The notes beneath the pieces were generated by a model. The model worked only from the letters and a program-made list of their open reading frames with translations, searched no databases and was not told the origin of the DNA. Source: Candidatus Bathyarchaeia archaeon (GTDB taxonomy: Archaea; Thermoproteota; Bathyarchaeia; Bathyarchaeales; Bathycorpusculaceae). Taken from it: 38,906 nucleotides of DNA. This document shows, in pieces, positions 38,008-38,906 of the stretch. The position numbers and the translations under genes are program-made. The stretch lies in contig JAVZNC010000008.1 of NCBI GenBank assembly GCA_038882955.1, positions 1-38,906 of the forward strand. The letters run 5' to 3'. How positions within the stretch are numbered: position 1 is the first letter of the stretch; each line of letters opens with the position of its first letter.

Positions 38008-38391
38008 ATGAATCGCGATACACTTAGTTTACTTGAGCAGAGGCTTATCAACGCTTTCATGGATTTTGTTGTGCTTTTTGCGATGCAACGAAATGGCGGC
38101 TATATCAGTGGCTATGATGCTATTAAGTACGTGTATAGGCGGTTCAACTTTCTTCCGAGTTCTGGGACGGTCTATGCGCATTTGTATGCCATGGAGCGGG
38201 ATGGACTGTTGCGGGGTGTACAGAGGAAGCGTTGCATGGTTTATTGTTTGACGCAGAAGGGCATTGATTTTTTGAGGGACATTGAGAGGGCTAATGGAAA
38301 TATCAAGAGGCTTTTGGGCATGATTTTTCCTTTTAAGAACGGTGATGGCGAGGACGGCGAGGGCGCCGACGTTTCTGGTCAAACACTTTGA
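38008..38391 (+). CDS. PadR-family transcriptional regulator
   Basis: SGYD.I....F...SSGTVY..L..MERDGL....Y.LT.KG; AGGAG RBS before ATG 38008. Confidence 0.88.
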   Translation: MNRDTLSLLEQRLINAFMDFVVLFAMQRNGGYISGYDAIKYVYRRFNFLPSSGTVYAHLYAMERDGLLRGVQRKRCMVYCLTQKGIDFLRDIERANGNIKRLLGMIFPFKNGDGEDGEGADVSGQTL

Positions 38392-38530
38392 CTTTTTCCA
38401 CTTTTTTCATCCATGGAATTTTTGCTGGCGCTTCTGTTAATGCTTCGAGTATTTCTTCTTCTATTTCTTTGTTTGTTTTTTCTTCGCTTTCCTCTATTAG
38501 GGTTATTGTTATTGTTGCCTTTTTCTTCGT
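38333..38530 (-). CDS. small hypothetical protein, 65 aa, probable ACG start
   Basis: ACG-KKKATITITLIEESEEKTNKEIEEEILEALTEAPAKIPWMKKVEKVKVFD..; purine-rich AGGAG/GGGAG upstream; in-frame TAA at 38558-38560 and no ATG/GTG/TTG upstream of ACG. Confidence 0.6.
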   Translation of the reverse strand, partial: TKKKATITITLIEESEEKTNKEIEEEILEALTEAPAKIPWMKKVEKVKVFDQKRRRPRRPRHHRS

Positions 38531-38840
38531 TTTCTCCCTTCTCCTCTTCCCTTTAATTTAACATTAGATATTACTAATTTTGCCATAGATTTAAGTCTTG
38601 ATGAAAAATTTTTCTAGAAGACGTTTTAGATTCTTTCGCGGATATGTTCCATTTTTGTTATAGTCTTTTGGTCTAGTTCTTTGTTTCATTGGTGTTTATA
38701 TTCGCTGGAGTATATACCATTATGTGGTTAGGCAATTTAGCCGGCTAGTTGCACCTTTAGGCGGTTAGGCCGGTCTAACCCGTGCCGAGTGTGGGGCACG
38801 TTAAATGTACCCAAAAGAGGAGAAGGAGAGTGATAATGGA

Positions 38841-38906
38841 ATGGAGACCAAGAAATTAGCGGCAATATTCGCAATATTGATTATAGCGTTAGGCGCAGCA
38901 GGATTC
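38841..38906 (+). CDS. secreted protein, 5' part only (METKKLAAIFAILIIALGAAGF...)
   Basis: GAGTGA RBS; signal-peptide pattern; truncated by the window end. Confidence 0.7.
   Translation, partial: METKKLAAIFAILIIALGAAGF

Noticed and set aside
1-38906. CRISPR array, rRNA, intact transposase or integrase
   Set aside because: No regularly spaced repeats, no rRNA-like segment and no intact recombinase ORF were seen.

Overview
Archaeal chromosomal window, most consistent with Bathyarchaeia. This is inferred from archaeal uS12/uS7, ApgM, a DRG GTPase, a class III signal-peptide pilin, a PEF-type sorting signal, TATA/BRE promoters and GGAGGTG RBSs. It contains: a sugar-phosphate/stress block (HPrK-like P-loop, PfkB, USP, ApgM, PGM/PMM, GT4); a probable tRNA-Ala(GGC)-anchored accessory region (about 9.2-16.7 kb) with a decayed tyrosine-integrase remnant, three copies of a ~32-40 bp repeat, a fluoride riboswitch leading two unknown genes plus an MFS transporter, and a wHTH/HtrA module with a triplicated promoter motif; housekeeping genes (GlnA-like, cysS, LplA-like, rps12, rps7, DRG); redox and metal genes (glutaredoxin, FTR-rubredoxin fusion, P1B ATPase with YHS domain, ferritin-like, flavodoxin); and a pilin-roadblock-multi-wHTH cluster. 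The most notable hand-read signals are: (1) three genes with ACG where the start codon is expected, two of them exactly 8 nt after a strong RBS and one a Pro-1 tautomerase; (2) the fluoride riboswitch with a visible anti-aptamer controlling an uncharacterised operon whose first gene has an in-frame amber codon; (3) the pilin-roadblock-DPBB module; (4) several unannotated structured RNAs and small ORFs. All family calls come from motif recognition by eye, not from database searches.
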